A DNA stretch of 58,701 nt, the filler included, from Catajapyx aquilonaris (Eukaryota): the NCBI GenBank assembly GCA_000934665.2. It is 4 parts of 4 records of this genome, joined end to end, with 100 filler letters (N's around TTAATTAATTAA, not from the genome) between each part and the next. Parts side by side here need not be neighbours in the genome. Positions count along the whole stretch, not along the records: positions 1 to 14,548 come from KZ539727.1; 3 more parts are not named here. One strand, given 5' to 3'. The notes under the pieces were generated by a model. The model made no database searches. It saw nothing but the letters and a program-made list of their open reading frames with translations, and was not told the origin of the DNA. Shown piece after piece: positions 1 through 12,010 of the stretch. The first letter of the stretch is position 1, and each line of letters opens with the position of its first letter. A program made the position numbers and the translations under genes.

Positions 1-925
1 CGCAGTGCCACCTGGCGGATTTTCAACTTTTTTGGGGGGCGAGCTTTCCATTGGAGGCATAGGCCGGTTGGCATACTAGGTCTTGTAGGTACTATAACAA
101 CAGCGAAGCATTTTACGACAATGACGGGGCGCGTTCTATAACACCATTTTTGCGTTCATTTCACTTCACGTGACGTCAACATTTTCTAGGGAAACAGTGA
201 CGTCACCATTTCCCTACATAAAAACCCCAATTACTCCGGAACGGGAACTGATATCTTAAAACGGAATATGCCAAAAAAATCCCAAAAATATGGGCGAATT
301 TATTATGTAGTTTCCAAAATGAAGGCTAGTTCCCCATTCAGGAGGGTAAGAAGAGTTACTTTGGTTTTCAGCATGAAAAAATGGAATAGACTATGTTTTT
401 ATCTTAGTGTAGAATAGGCCCTACATGTATGGATATATCCAGAAATTAGCTATAATTGCAGTATTTTAACCAGATTAGTGGCAAACTTTAGGCACCTCTC
501 ACCCAGACTTCCTTTAATGGGTCACGCCATCACGCTTGACAATGAAAACGACTGCACTTGGTGTAATATAAATGAACCATATACATATACTCTCTATCAT
601 ATAAGCTTACTTTACAATTGCCCAATTTTCCTCACCCCACGTAAAGCCTTCTTATTTAATATGCCCAATTATCCTCCAGACAAATTTCATTGTTTATTTA
701 ATTCCCTGTCATCAGAAGAAGCCTTTTTAAATACATATTTTTTTTGAAAAAATAGCTAAAATGATTGAACTGTGCAATTAAAAACTGAGCACTTTTTCCC
801 CCCCGCCACTCTATTTTTCAGTATTTATCAGTGTGTTCTTTGACAGATGTTTTCTCTCTCTCTCTCTCTCTCTCTCCCTCTCTCTCTCTCTCTTTCATAT
901 TTATACGTAATATTTTTTATGGATT

Positions 926-2640
926 GGGTAAATCCACGTGAAGGCGATCACTCATGAAACCTCTCCTCCTCCGATTTTGACAAAATTTGGCAGAGTTGTA
1001 GGTTTCATAGAGTTATAGTATCGGGCCAAATTTCGCGTTAATTGGTTCGACCTGTTTGGCGTGGTAATTCACGGAAATTGTTACCATCGGGCAGCACGCG
1101 GCGCGGTTTTTCGGACATTTTCTTGAATAACTTTTTTTTCTATTGGTCGTATTTGGACAGTGAGCATATCTACGGGTAGATCACAGTTAGACGAATCATA
1201 AAAAGCCTCGTTAATAAAAGTATTGCGCAATTTCTGCTCGTGCCATGGATTTCTGTAATGTGACCTTTGACCTCATTTTTAAGGAATTGAGGCATCTTCG
1301 ATTTTGAAATTTGATATGTCATATGAAAGGCCAGGTCATGTTCTAGGCGACTGCCAAAAATCAGGCTGGGCCCTCCAGAGGATATCGAGAAAATAAATAA
1401 AACGTCTTCGAACTCCCAATAATGCATGTGTGAAGTAGTCGGGCTTAACTGAGAAACCCCCTATGATGGAGAAATGACTCACATCTTGTGATGAATATTG
1501 TTTTGGTTGTATTCTGCTGACATGTTGGCTACCCGTGAACAGGTTTTTGTGTTGATCCTTGGGGACGTTGGGGTAGTCTGCTCCGAGCTCAGCAAGAGTT
1601 CGAAAGTGTCAGTTCTAAGCTTCTAGCTAACATGATCCTTTGGTGAGTGAGTATTACACTGCACATTGACATTGTTGCATGTGGTTTACTATGACAGAAA
1701 TTTTGCAAACAGTTCTCTGTCACTAGGATCGTCATCATTTCCAACTGCATGCCTATAATGAAGTAATGCTGATACTGTTGCAATCAAGGTAGCAATCCGT
1801 CTCTTTATTTTTTTAAATTGATTTCATACTTGAAAATATGAATCCCAGTCAAGATTATTTCCTACTTTTCCGAAGGGGCCATACCTGTCAGTGGGACTCA
1901 AGTAACATGCATTTTAACCAGTGCCAGGCTGTTGCAATAATTACTGTCGGTATGAACTCACTGAGGAGAGAGGGAAGATTGTGAGAGTAGGTTAAAAATA
2001 AAGGCACCATCAATCAGTGGAATCTCCACTTCCAGAACACGGGAGCCTATACAAGTAATTTTAACATTTTTCCACATCACATCATATCATTCCATAATCA
2101 TAGGGGGTCTCAGTGTGAAGCCCGATTACTTCATTATCGGCTGGTTAGAAGACGTTTTATTTATTTTCTCGACAGTCTCTGGAGGGCCCAGCCTGATTTT
2201 TGGCAGTCGCCTAGAACATGACCTGGCCTTTCATATGACATATCAATTTTCAAAATCAAAGATACCTCAATTCCTTAAAAATGAGGTCAAAGGTCACATT
2301 ACAGAAATCCATGGCACGAGCAGAAATTGCGCAATACTTTTATTAAAGTGGCTTTTTATGATTCGTCTAACTGTGATCTACCCGTAGATATGCTCACTGT
2401 CCAAATACGACCAATAGAAAAAAAGTTATTCAAGAAAATGTCCGAAAAACCGCGCCGCGTGCTGCCCAATGGTAACAATGTCCGTGAATTACTATGCGGA
2501 ACAGGTCGAACCAATTAACGCGAAATTTGGCCCGATACTATAACTCTATGAAGCCCACAACTCCGCCAAATTTCGTCAAAATCGGAGGAGGGGGGGTTAA
2601 ATTCTTACGCCAAAGTGATCGAATTGACATGGACTTATCC
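926..2640. mobile_element. Non-autonomous DNA transposon with ~540-bp TIRs, possibly Sola2-like
   Basis: 926-~1470 is the reverse complement of ~2091-2640; the mirrored ORFs 1170-1427(-) and 2115-2387(+) come from this. Termini GGGTAAATCCACGTG and (rc) GGATAAGTCCATGTC. Flanks gatt/tatt match a 4-bp TSD at 3 of 4 positions. Superfamily inferred from the GRG start. Confidence 0.8.
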
Positions 2641-2978
2641 TATTGCAAGTGTGTCTCCCTTTATTCTTTCTTTTCTTGCGGTATGCCCTGGCCATGTTTA
2701 TTGTACCCTACCGGCTACTGTATAATTATCTGGTGTCTGATGTACCCCTAAAAGGGCCCCGCCCTGTCATGGGGCCACTAAAAAATTGCAGTATTTTAAA
2801 ATTAATTAATTTAGCTAAATTAGCTAATTAATTATAGCTAATTTATGGATATATCCATACATGTAGCGCCTACAACATTTACCATTTACCAAGAATTTCT
2901 TTTTTCCTTGGGGCTTATTCATAACTTAATAAACCCCAAAGAAAGAAGAAATTAATTTTATTGCATTACAATATTATA

Positions 2979-3189
2979 CAGGGTCTTTCAACTTTTTTGA
3001 CCGAACAGTTATCGGAAATATTGCACTAAGCTGCTACTTTGTAAGCAGCGTATGCCACTTCAACCTAAGACTGGCTGGGAATATTCCTCATTCCTCCAAC
3101 AAACTAGTTGCAAGTCACTGCTTACAAAGTAGCAGCTTATAGTGCAATATATCTGATAACTGTTCGGACAAAAAAGTTGAAAGACCCTG
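2979..3189. mobile_element. Tc1/mariner-type MITE (CAGGGT family)
   Basis: ta|CAGGGTCTTTCAACTTTTTTG...CAAAAAAGTTGAAAGACCCTG|ta, with ~70-bp TIRs and a TA TSD. Confidence 0.9.
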
Positions 3190-3518
3190 TATAATATGTC
3201 ATTCACACACTCGAGCTAATAATGATGATTGTTGTGACTGAAAACCTTGCCCTTGTGGAGCTCAATTCACACTAATAATGTTCCAGTTCTTTCTATGACG
3301 CAAGAAATAACATAAAGACATGTTTTCTTACCTCTATAATCCTCGCATGTCGTTTGCATTTGAGGCTATTGGCCTCAAATGTCTCCTTTTCCTTGCTCTT
3401 CTCCCGCCTGCCCAGGGTTTTGTAGTACATTTGTACTGCTTCTGCAAGGAACAATATTATTACTGATAATAATAATCAGGGACATGCCACATAAATTGCA
3501 CAATATTTACTGATATGC

Positions 3519-3872
3519 GGGGAGGCGAAGTGGCGCTGCGGTAGCGTATGCGCCCGCGGATGTTAAGGTCCCGGGTTCGATCCCAACCCGGGGTTCCACC
3601 CTTCATCTCGCGCAGAGTAAGACCGTCTCTGGCTTCGTTTCGGGTGGCGATCCTTCCACATATGCCACCCGGGGGAGTTCACAAAACGGCACATCAACGT
3701 CTGTGCACACGCACTTTGCACATCCCCTCCCAGTTTCCCTGCCCATGGGTCCGGGCGTATTCAAAAATAGACAACAGCCCTTTCCCTCCAATGGTGGTAA
3801 TCCAGCCCCCTATAGACGAAACAGGTCATCACGGGGTACTTCAAAAAAATCACAAAAAAAAACAAAAAAAAA
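3519..3872 (+). mobile_element. tRNA-derived SINE, head A, poly(A)-type tail
   Basis: A box (TGGCGCTGCGG), B box (GGTTCGATCCC), A-rich tail, perfect 14-bp TSD atttactgatatgc (3505-3518, 3873-3886). Three more head-A copies are in the window. Confidence 0.9.
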
Positions 3873-4929
3873 ATTTACTGATATGCCTTCACTAATTAAT
3901 TAGCCTAAGCAGGTTAACATTGCTTTGACTAGTTATCATGGCCGATTGCACAGTTCATATGTTATAATCACTTAATTTTGGACTAAAAATATTACATAAC
4001 ATAGTCCAGAACAATAATAAGGCTACATTCATAAAATATAGAGTCGCTCTGTATCTACTCAATAAGGTGTAATGAAATTGTCAGTTTCATTGGAATTGAG
4101 GCAGTCAGCATGAAAGGAATGCACTGAATGACAAAATTCTAGCCTGGAGGAGGCACCACAGGCCCTAAAGTTTCCAAAATGAAGGCTAGTTCCCCATTGC
4201 AACAAATAATGCTAATATTAATATTAGAAACGATTTGCATCTATTGCCACCTTTTTGACCCAGTGCTGTAAGATTTTCGAGAGTTTTGTTGGTTTTCCGT
4301 TCAAGGCATCCCTCTCGCTTCAACCTGCGAAGGGCAAATATAAAGAAGCTGTAGGCATACTGGATCAACTTAACTGGCTGTAGAAGATATTTCACTTTTC
4401 AAGTATGATCCAGTTGCTTTGTGTGACATCGGAAGTCCTTCTCAAAGCATAAAGCTGTATTGTCAGACAGGCGTCCGCTTACTAACCCACAAATACATGG
4501 AACAAATGCTACATTGTTACTGTGCTACAAAATTCCATGGCCAACAGTAGGCTGTATTGGAATTTTTAAAAATTAGGACCTGCTTGATTTTTACTGCCTA
4601 ATTAAGAACCTATTTCAACTGTTTCCAGGACCTAAATGCATAACAATATTTGCTTTTTTTAGAACCTAAAAATCCATTCTTTACTAATGAGACATTCATT
4701 TACAGTGTTGACGTGAGGCAAGTTGGTTTTGAAGTAATGGCAAATGAATTGATCACCCAGCCGACATACTCCTTCGTGTTAGCTCCTGAGCCATTGGAAC
4801 AGATTTCTCGAAGAAATCGCTCAGACATCATAGGCGTTCGCGAAAGTCACCCAGCAACACCCCTTCTGGTGCCTCCACTGTTGTCCTTGTAGTTCTTTAC
4901 ACTGCCACTCTGAATAAATTCGGCCCAGA

Positions 4930-5330
<401 letters not shown>

Positions 5331-5379
5331 CTGATAGTCTTTATAGCAAAGCCATAGATAAACATAAGTAATACTGGTA

Positions 5380-5523
5380 CTATCGGGTTCAAATACTTTT
5401 GGCCACTTTATGCTGGTCTTGAAGCAACCCTTCACACACACACACACCTCCTTAACGTGGGGTCTGTGCGATGGGTTGCTTCAAGACCAGGATAAACTGG
5501 CCAAAAGTATTTGAACAAGATAG
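5380..5523. mobile_element. Small TA-flanked MITE
   Basis: ta|CTATCGGGTTCAAATACTTTTGGCCA...TGGCCAAAAGTATTTGAACAAGATAG|ta, ~50-bp TIRs. Confidence 0.75.
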
Positions 5524-5589
5524 TACATACAGTAAAACCCTTGGACACTCACGGTTCCACAAAAAATGTGTGACGAAATGCCCATTGTT

Positions 5590-5871
5590 GGCCAATTCAA
5601 ACATCAGCACATGGAGAGCGCTTCCATTGTTGCCACTGTTTACAAATTGAGTGAGTGACGCGGATGACCCAGCGACGGATCTCTTCTGCCTGCGCACTCA
5701 CTCATTCGATTTGTAAACAGTGGCAACAATGGAAGCGCTCTCCATGTGCTGATGTTTGAATTGGCCCGCCGGCCGGGGTTGCCAGGTAACGCACTACAAC
5801 ATAAGCAGCTTAGGCCGAATTTGTCAATAGCTGCGTGATAGCTGTTCGGACAAAAAAGTTGGACCACCCTG
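5590..5871. mobile_element. Left-truncated copy of the MITE at 6237-6612
   Basis: Near-identical to 6331-6612; ends GGACCACCCTG|ta. Confidence 0.85.
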
Positions 5872-6236
5872 TATACTGTACATATNCTTGTCAGAAACTA
5901 GTTGAATACCCCCTGATATAGGGCCTACTGTCAATTATACAATATACAGAAGAGTGCGGGAATTGAACGTTTGTGCCTTCGCTTTAGGGTCCGATAGAGG
6001 GGTACATTCTAGGCGATCATTTTTTGTACTATACAGAGATTAATAATATATTGTGTGTATATATCCACCGCGCCTAGTTACCGAGATGGCTTGTCCTCCT
6101 ATCTGAAATGCGCTACTTTAAAATGTGCTTAAAAATCCTTTGTCATGACGAATACCAGATCGAACAGACTACCCCTGTTGATATGTTTATAATTACCTGC
6201 AGCATCATATGCATAAAATCTACTCTACGATATATA

Positions 6237-6612
6237 CAGGGTGGTCCAACTTTTTTGTCCGAACAGCTATTGACAAATTCGGCCTAAGCTGCTTATGTTG
6301 TAGTGCGTTACCTGGCAACCCTGTCCGGCGGGCCAATTCAAACATCAGCCCATGAAGAACGCTTCCATTGTTGCCACTGTTTACAAATTGAGTGAGTGAC
6401 GCGGATGACCCAGCGACGGATCTCTTCTGCCTGCGCACTCACTCATTCGATTAGTAAACAGTGGCAACAATGGAAGCGCTCTCCATGTGCTGATGTTTGA
6501 ATTGGCCCGCCGGCCGGGGTTGCCAGGTAACGCACTACAACATAAGCAGCTTAGGCCGAATTTGTCAATAGCTGCGTGATAGCTGTTCGGACAAAAAAGT
6601 TGGACCACCCTG
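6237..6612. mobile_element. Tc1/mariner-type MITE (CAGGGTG family)
   Basis: ta|CAGGGTGGTCCAACTTTTTTGTCCGAACAGCTA...TAGCTGTTCGGACAAAAAAGTTGGACCACCCTG|ta. Almost entirely self-complementary. Confidence 0.9.
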
Positions 6613-7031
6613 TATACTGTACATATGTTCTGGTAACAAAAGTTATGCAGTTAATTATTTTATTCATTCTCATTACTATATTAGGGTTTGTATATATATA
6701 CAACATTAACTTGACTACGGATATCCACCAAGTCCAATGGTAAAAGGTATTGCCTGACTGCTTGATCTTATAAACAAGAGAATCTGTCCGGTAACGGAGT
6801 TTACAGATTTATACACCTGCACGTGTACTAAAAGGTCTGCTGGTCTGCATAACTAACATTTAGCTCTGCTTTCATTTATTTGCTTCACTTCAAACCTTAC
6901 ACATCCACATAAGGCAATAATTGTGACTTAAATGTAACAAAAAAATTTACTCAGGAAAAAGTGGAAAAGTGCAAGTAAATTTAGAATGACCCATATGTTT
7001 CCAGCAATGTGTGAAATTCCAGCATTATAAT

Positions 7032-7504
7032 TATAAAATGCCTGATGTTTTTAGGCAAAGTATGAAATGTCTGTTCTTTCATACTTTGCCTAGGCATTAT
7101 ATGAATGAGAAAAGGCAAACCGGCAAAGAATAGAATACTCCTGGCCACGCTCCAGGGGCAAGGTTTGCACTATACAAGCGGTGTGGTCTGATCAACCCTA
7201 GGGCACGCTGTACCAACATAAACCATCACCGAATCTTCCTTCCTTGCAGATACACATCTATCCTTCGACAGATACAGACCTATCTTCAGCGGATACACAG
7301 CTATCCTTCAGCAGATACAAGTACGAGGTTAATAGTGCAGAATCTCTCAATATGAAAGAGTAGCCCAAACTTTGTCTCCGAAGCTTGGCCGGGAGTATTC
7401 TATACTTTGCCGGTTTGCCCTTAGGCATTATAAAATGCCTAGGCAATGTGTAGGAAATAAGTTAATCATTTCATACTTTGCCGGCCCATGTCAGGCATTT
7501 TATA
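7032..7504. mobile_element. Diverged MITE with composite inverted repeats
   Basis: TATAAAATGCCTGA...TCAGGCATTTTATA ends. Internal pair GGCAAACCGGCAAAGAATAGAATACTCC / GGAGTATTCTATACTTTGCCGGTTTGCC, and repeated GGCAAAGTATGAAA motifs. Confidence 0.6.
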
Positions 7505-7509
7505 CAGTA

Positions 7510-8933
7510 CTAGCAGGATACCCGGCATTGCGCGGGTTATGAAATACTTTTCCATGTAGGTGTAAGTCATTGATTTGGTAGTAACCTTTGAAATAATTAT
7601 GGCTATACAATGTTGGCATACCTGTTACATGAAGCATATTGCATGTGCATGAAGTCCAAACACCAAACTGCGGATGTCAGATTGTAAGAGAGTACACAAT
7701 ACGCCTTAAAAATCCAGCAAAAGTTTATAATGAAAAATTGAAGGTTGTGCAGTAAATGTAGAATAGCATTGAAAGACCGGCACCTCTCTTAGTCATTCCC
7801 CAACCCCAAAATGGCCAACCTGGCCTGGATGACTGTGCCAGCAGGCAGCTATGGGGTCGCTGGAGAACTCAAGGCCCACCACCACGTTAAGGTTAAGGAG
7901 GCGCATTAGTAAAAATGCGGTAGGTGCATTTTTGAGGGAATTTTGAATTTTTGTGGCGAAACGCACCGTTAATCGGAAAAATCACGAAGAAGGTGCCCTG
8001 CGCAAAGGTTTGGCCTTTACTATATGGTACCATACTCGATATGATTGCATTAAAATTGTGGACATACGGGCGCAGAAGCGTTCCCGACTTTGTCGCGTTT
8101 CCTGCCGCCATGTTATTCAAATGGGCTTTTGGGGAACGCCATTTTCCTTTCACTTGAACTCGATGAAAATGTCACTTCTAGGCTGAAAATGGCAAAATGA
8201 CGACGAAGGTGCCCTGCGCCAGATCATGTCCTATTTTTTGGTGTAATATCTGTGTCCATTGCACCATTTTTGCGCCGTACTACGGCCGCAGAAGCGTAGA
8301 CATGTCGAATCCCCATAATAATGCTGCCCATGCATAAAGTTTGTTTAGCTCGTCGTCAAGGGCTTCATTGTTACCGCATTTTTTTGCTAATGCGCCGCTG
8401 TAGATTATGGAACTGCTTGTTGACCGCGATGGAACGTCGTTGCCGTGGGAACGTGTTTTATTTGTTGTGTTTGTAATATAATGAAATATGGAAAGTTAAA
8501 TGTTGATTATTACGGAACGGGGATGGTGAGGGGGGGGGGGGGNNNNNNNNNNNNNNNNNNNNNNNNNNNNNNNNNNNNNNNNNNNNNNNNNNNNNNNNNN
8601 NNNNNNNNNNNNNNNNNNNNNNNNNNNNNNNNNNNNNNNNGGGGGGGAAGTGGGGAGGGGGCGATTCATGTTTCATGGACTTGGGCATTCAGTGGTTGGC
8701 CGGGTAACCCAAGACAGGTGATGTTTACTGCCAATTGCTCATTATTAGAAGTGTTCCAAAGTCCTTTTCGCCTCCTGTGGCCACGGATGACCTCGGAGGT
8801 CAATTCCAATGCGCTAAGAACCTTCCCGGTAAAAAACTACCCCTAGTGACACCCCTGGGGCATATGTGGAGGCCTCCGTATGGATTTGCATAGCGGACAA
8901 AAGACAGATATACGTCGAGAAATATGTATTAGA
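7510..8933 (-). mobile_element. Non-autonomous Helitron, copy 1 (contains an N gap)
   Basis: Minus strand starts TCTAATACATATTTCTCG and ends with hairpin CCCGCGCAATGCCGGG then CTAG. Inserted between A and T with no TSD. Both ends match the element at 25034-27433. Confidence 0.9.
7900..8396. mobile_element. TIR element nested inside Helitron copy 1
   Basis: GGCGCATTAGTAAAAATGCGGTA vs TACCGCATTTTTTTGCTAATGCGCC. Internal direct repeat GAAGGTGCCCTGCGC. TSD not resolved. Confidence 0.6.
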
Positions 8934-8972
8934 TAATGCCAGATTTCATATTTTGCCAGTAGCATAATTATA

Positions 8973-9541
8973 CCAAGTGACTGGGAATAACAAAGACAAA
9001 CTTCGTGGGGTGATCAACCTGTACTGGCAATTTTCAACAGTGAACCCATGGTTGGATACACCTCCTGTCGATGCTATGGAGGGGCAAAGGGGCCAAAAGC
9101 ACCCGCTGTGCTGGTAGGTATTTTTATGGCGATACAAGTCTTAAAAAGAAGAAAAATCGTCAGTTTCTTTTTGTTGCCAGTAACAATGTAGCACCCATTC
9201 GATACCATTGTTTTGTTTTGTTTGTAAATAAAATTACCAAGTAGCAGAACTGCTACTGACCTGTACCACTTACAGTACTTCTCACCTTCACATTTCAACG
9301 CAGGCATATGAAATGGGTCAAGTAAGCAGCACACATCCACTAGCACCTACAGAGCTGCCTACCCTATGCTGGCAATGAGCACCATGGCATGGATTGCCTA
9401 CCACCAGGTGCTAACTTGATGCCTTTATAGCTCCATAGCATCAACAAGTGTTTCCGACTACGGGTTCCTGGTCGAAAACTGCCGGGCCGGGTACCCTCCA
9501 TCACCTCACAAAGTTTGTTGTTGTTGTTCTCAATCACCCTG
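8973..9541. mobile_element. Old mariner-type MITE (CAGGGTG family)
   Basis: Right end ...CAATCACCCTG|ta; diverged inverted arms, e.g. GATGCTATGGAG / CTCCATAGCATC. Confidence 0.6.
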
Positions 9542-9760
9542 TATACAGCCCTGGAAAAAAATGTGCCTTATGGGTCATCAGGGATGACAGTACTTACTGT
9601 TACTTGGAATAGCTTTTATAACTGACCTGGAGTCACAGCTTACAGGTGTGCATGCAACACAACCCCCATTGCCACCAAGCTCCTCCTCCATTCCACCTGT
9701 GCCTGCCCCCCTCTTGACTTAACATCCAAAATTACATACTGGCTGTGTCTCGAGAATGTA

Positions 9761-10179
9761 CAGGGTGGCCGAAATTGGACTGACGGTACTCAGAGCCATC
9801 TGTAGCTCGTTCTACCAGAATGGTGGCAAATGGTAGAGAGACTAATGAAGACATGGGAAGAAGGATTCCGCTCAAAAGGCCAGCGAAGACGATGACGATC
9901 CTGACAAGCATGGATACCCCCATACATGCCTCCATCGCTGGTTGCTGGAATCAGGCAGTTGAGCAATGGTCAAGAGGTCCCAGCACCTGGCCCCAGCAAC
10001 CAAAAATGCAGGCATGCACGGGGGTAACAATACTTGTCAGGATAGTCATCGTCGATGGCCTTTCGGGCGGAATCCTTCTCACCATGTCTTCATTAGTCTC
10101 CATATAATTTGCCACCATTCCAGTTGTTAGAACGAGCTACAGATGGCCGAGTACCACCCGTGTAATTTCAGCCACCATA
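9761..10179. mobile_element. Mariner-type MITE (CAGGGTG family)
   Basis: ta|CAGGGTGGCCGAAATT...AATTTCAGCCACC. Long inverted arms, e.g. GCCATCTGTAGCTCGTTCTA / TAGAACGAGCTACAGATGGC. Confidence 0.8.
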
Positions 10180-10583
10180 TACTGTGCAAAGATGGGAATG
10201 AAAATTTGTGGTGCACAGCTACATATGCATTCGCAGTTTTGCACCACACATCACCATTGCTTTTTAACGTTTAAAAAGCTACTAATATCCAGAATTCATT
10301 ATAATTCTTGCTAATATTAACTTGAGACTACTTCTGAAAATACTTTGCATTATTAGTAACTAGTCACATGTTACCTCCATGCTTTTTCAACACTGCCAGC
10401 AGCATTCATCTTCCTCTTTGCTCAGCTGCAAAGTAATTATAGGAAATGCATTCCTACCATTCTATTTTTAACTGGTTACTATTTTTGTTCTGTCACAATC
10501 TAGAGGATTCCTAGTTGGCCCAGCTGCAAGCAAAATGAGGGTCAGGAATTATGAAGAAAGCTATAATAACCACTTGATCCCTT

Positions 10584-10598
10584 TTTATTTAGTTTATT
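10584..10598 (-). terminator. Candidate polyadenylation signals of the ADP/ATP translocase transcript
   Basis: Two AATAAA on the minus strand (10584-10589, 10593-10598), ~490 nt past the stop codon. Usage is inferred. Confidence 0.5.
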
Positions 10599-11088
10599 TA
10601 ATCGCCTTTTCTTATCCACCGCGTCAATCGTTTGCAATAAGTTCGTGGGATTGGATTTACTTCTAACTAGAAAACACGGCGGAAAAAGAGTGGGACATCT
10701 TTTCTACCCAATGGACTAACAAGGAATCAGCCCCCTGGTGGACAGTACGAATTGGGGAGGAAATAAGAACGAAACAGATACGAAACCAATGCCATATATG
10801 TGTGACAGCCTGTTCATGAGGACTATACCTTTTACTTTGCATGTCAGGTGGTAGTTTAACATTCCCTTATACGTTCCTCATAAGACAAGTACCAGGTGAT
10901 AAAAACTTGATGGGGCCCTAACTCCTGATATGTCCTCTAGGTGACAAGCAAGCAGGATATCACGACATAGGCAATAGCTCCAAAATCGGCCTGAATAAAT
11001 AGTTTCAATTTTTTTTTTCTGATTTTCTTTTGGGGGCATGTATATCCCTTGTTGACTCTTGTGTATGCCTTGGGAGCTTGATGTCTGT

Positions 11089-11331
11089 CTATAGGACGGC
11101 CTTGATCTCATCATAGAGGACAAGCACCAGGGCACCACCAGTTCCTCGGAGGACGTTGGAGAAGGCGCCCTTGAAGAAGGCCTTACCACCCTCATTCTGG
11201 CCGATCTTGCGCCAACAATCAATAGTGCCAGTGTACATTATGTCAGCCTTGGCACGGCCAGACTGCATCATCATGCGCCTACGGACAGTGTCGAATGGAT
11301 ACGACACAATGCCAGACACGGTTGTCACACA
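11089..11331 (-). CDS. ANT: Mitochondrial ADP/ATP translocase (SLC25A4/5/6, sesB-like), last coding exon
   Basis: [43 protein letters not shown]...[30 protein letters not shown] carries the RRRMMM signature. Acceptor ctctttcag at 11332-11340, phase 0. Upstream exons were not found before the piece ends at 14548. Confidence 0.96.
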   Translation of the reverse strand, partial: CVTTVSGIVSYPFDTVRRRMMMQSGRAKADIMYTGTIDCWRKIGQNEGGKAFFKGAFSNVLRGTGGALVLVLYDEIKAVL

Positions 11332-11764
11332 CTGAAAGAGATGTTGCATAATTAGCAATTGCTTCAATTGATTTTAACCATTTCTTCACTAACAGTGTCA
11401 CACTTTCCTGAATAATTTAACAGTTGAGGAAATTTCAAATTGTTATGAAGTTACACAATTCAGCACGACAATGTACAAACAGTTAAACCTAGATTATTAT
11501 ATGAAATGTTATCTGGTATGAAATTCAATGTGCAATATTTTCAATTCTCAAATCTCACTCATCACCTAATTATGCTCACATTACTTCACATCACTACAAG
11601 GAGGATTAAATAAGTTGTGCCCAAGATATATTTTTGTACTGTAGTACAGTGTGCCAAAAAGTCAGTTGAGATATAAAGTCGAAATCTCACATATTCCTAG
11701 CAACATTTGAGTTCCAATGCAAGAATTGCTCAGACTCCAGATGCAGTCCTGCTACAGACAAGGT

Positions 11765-11899
11765 AAAAGTCGTACCTGTAACCTGCAGTCGAGTCAAGAG
11801 TTTCTTGCCCTCAGTTAGACACTTGCAGCCAGCTGCATCACTCAAATAGAGCTGGGAAAGCAACTCTTGATCTTACTGCACATTACAGGTATGGCTTTT
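11765..11899. repeat. Diverged hairpin or MITE remnant
   Basis: AAAAGTCGTACCTGTAA..TGCAGT..TCAAGAGTT vs AACTCTTGA..ACTGCA..TTACAGGTATGGCTTTT. Confidence 0.5.
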
Positions 11900-12010
11900 C
11901 CCTGTGCACAACCAAGTGTATCAAAGCAATCAAACCGTAAATCAGGATGCCAACTTGACTCGGGTACAATTGGCACAGACCCTCCCCCCTAAAATATGCA
12001 TGTGACAGTG

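Noticed and set aside
309..338. 30-bp direct repeat AGTTTCCAAAATGAAGGCTAGTTCCCCATT also at 4169-4198, considered as an LTR pair or TSD
   Set aside because: Too short for LTRs and too long for a typical TSD; more likely the terminus of a dispersed repeat. Not resolvable here.
1170..2387. Mirrored ORF pairs as duplicated genes (also 53536-53817 / 55678-55911)
   Set aside because: They are by-products of long TIRs and show no protein motifs.
3519..3595. SINE heads A-D as tRNA genes
   Set aside because: No complete cloverleaf, and each is followed by a body, tail and TSD.
8543..8640. N runs flanked by poly-G or poly-C (also near 27629, 34943, 56627, 58073)
   Set aside because: Sequencing or scaffolding gaps at homopolymers; ORFs that cross them are meaningless.
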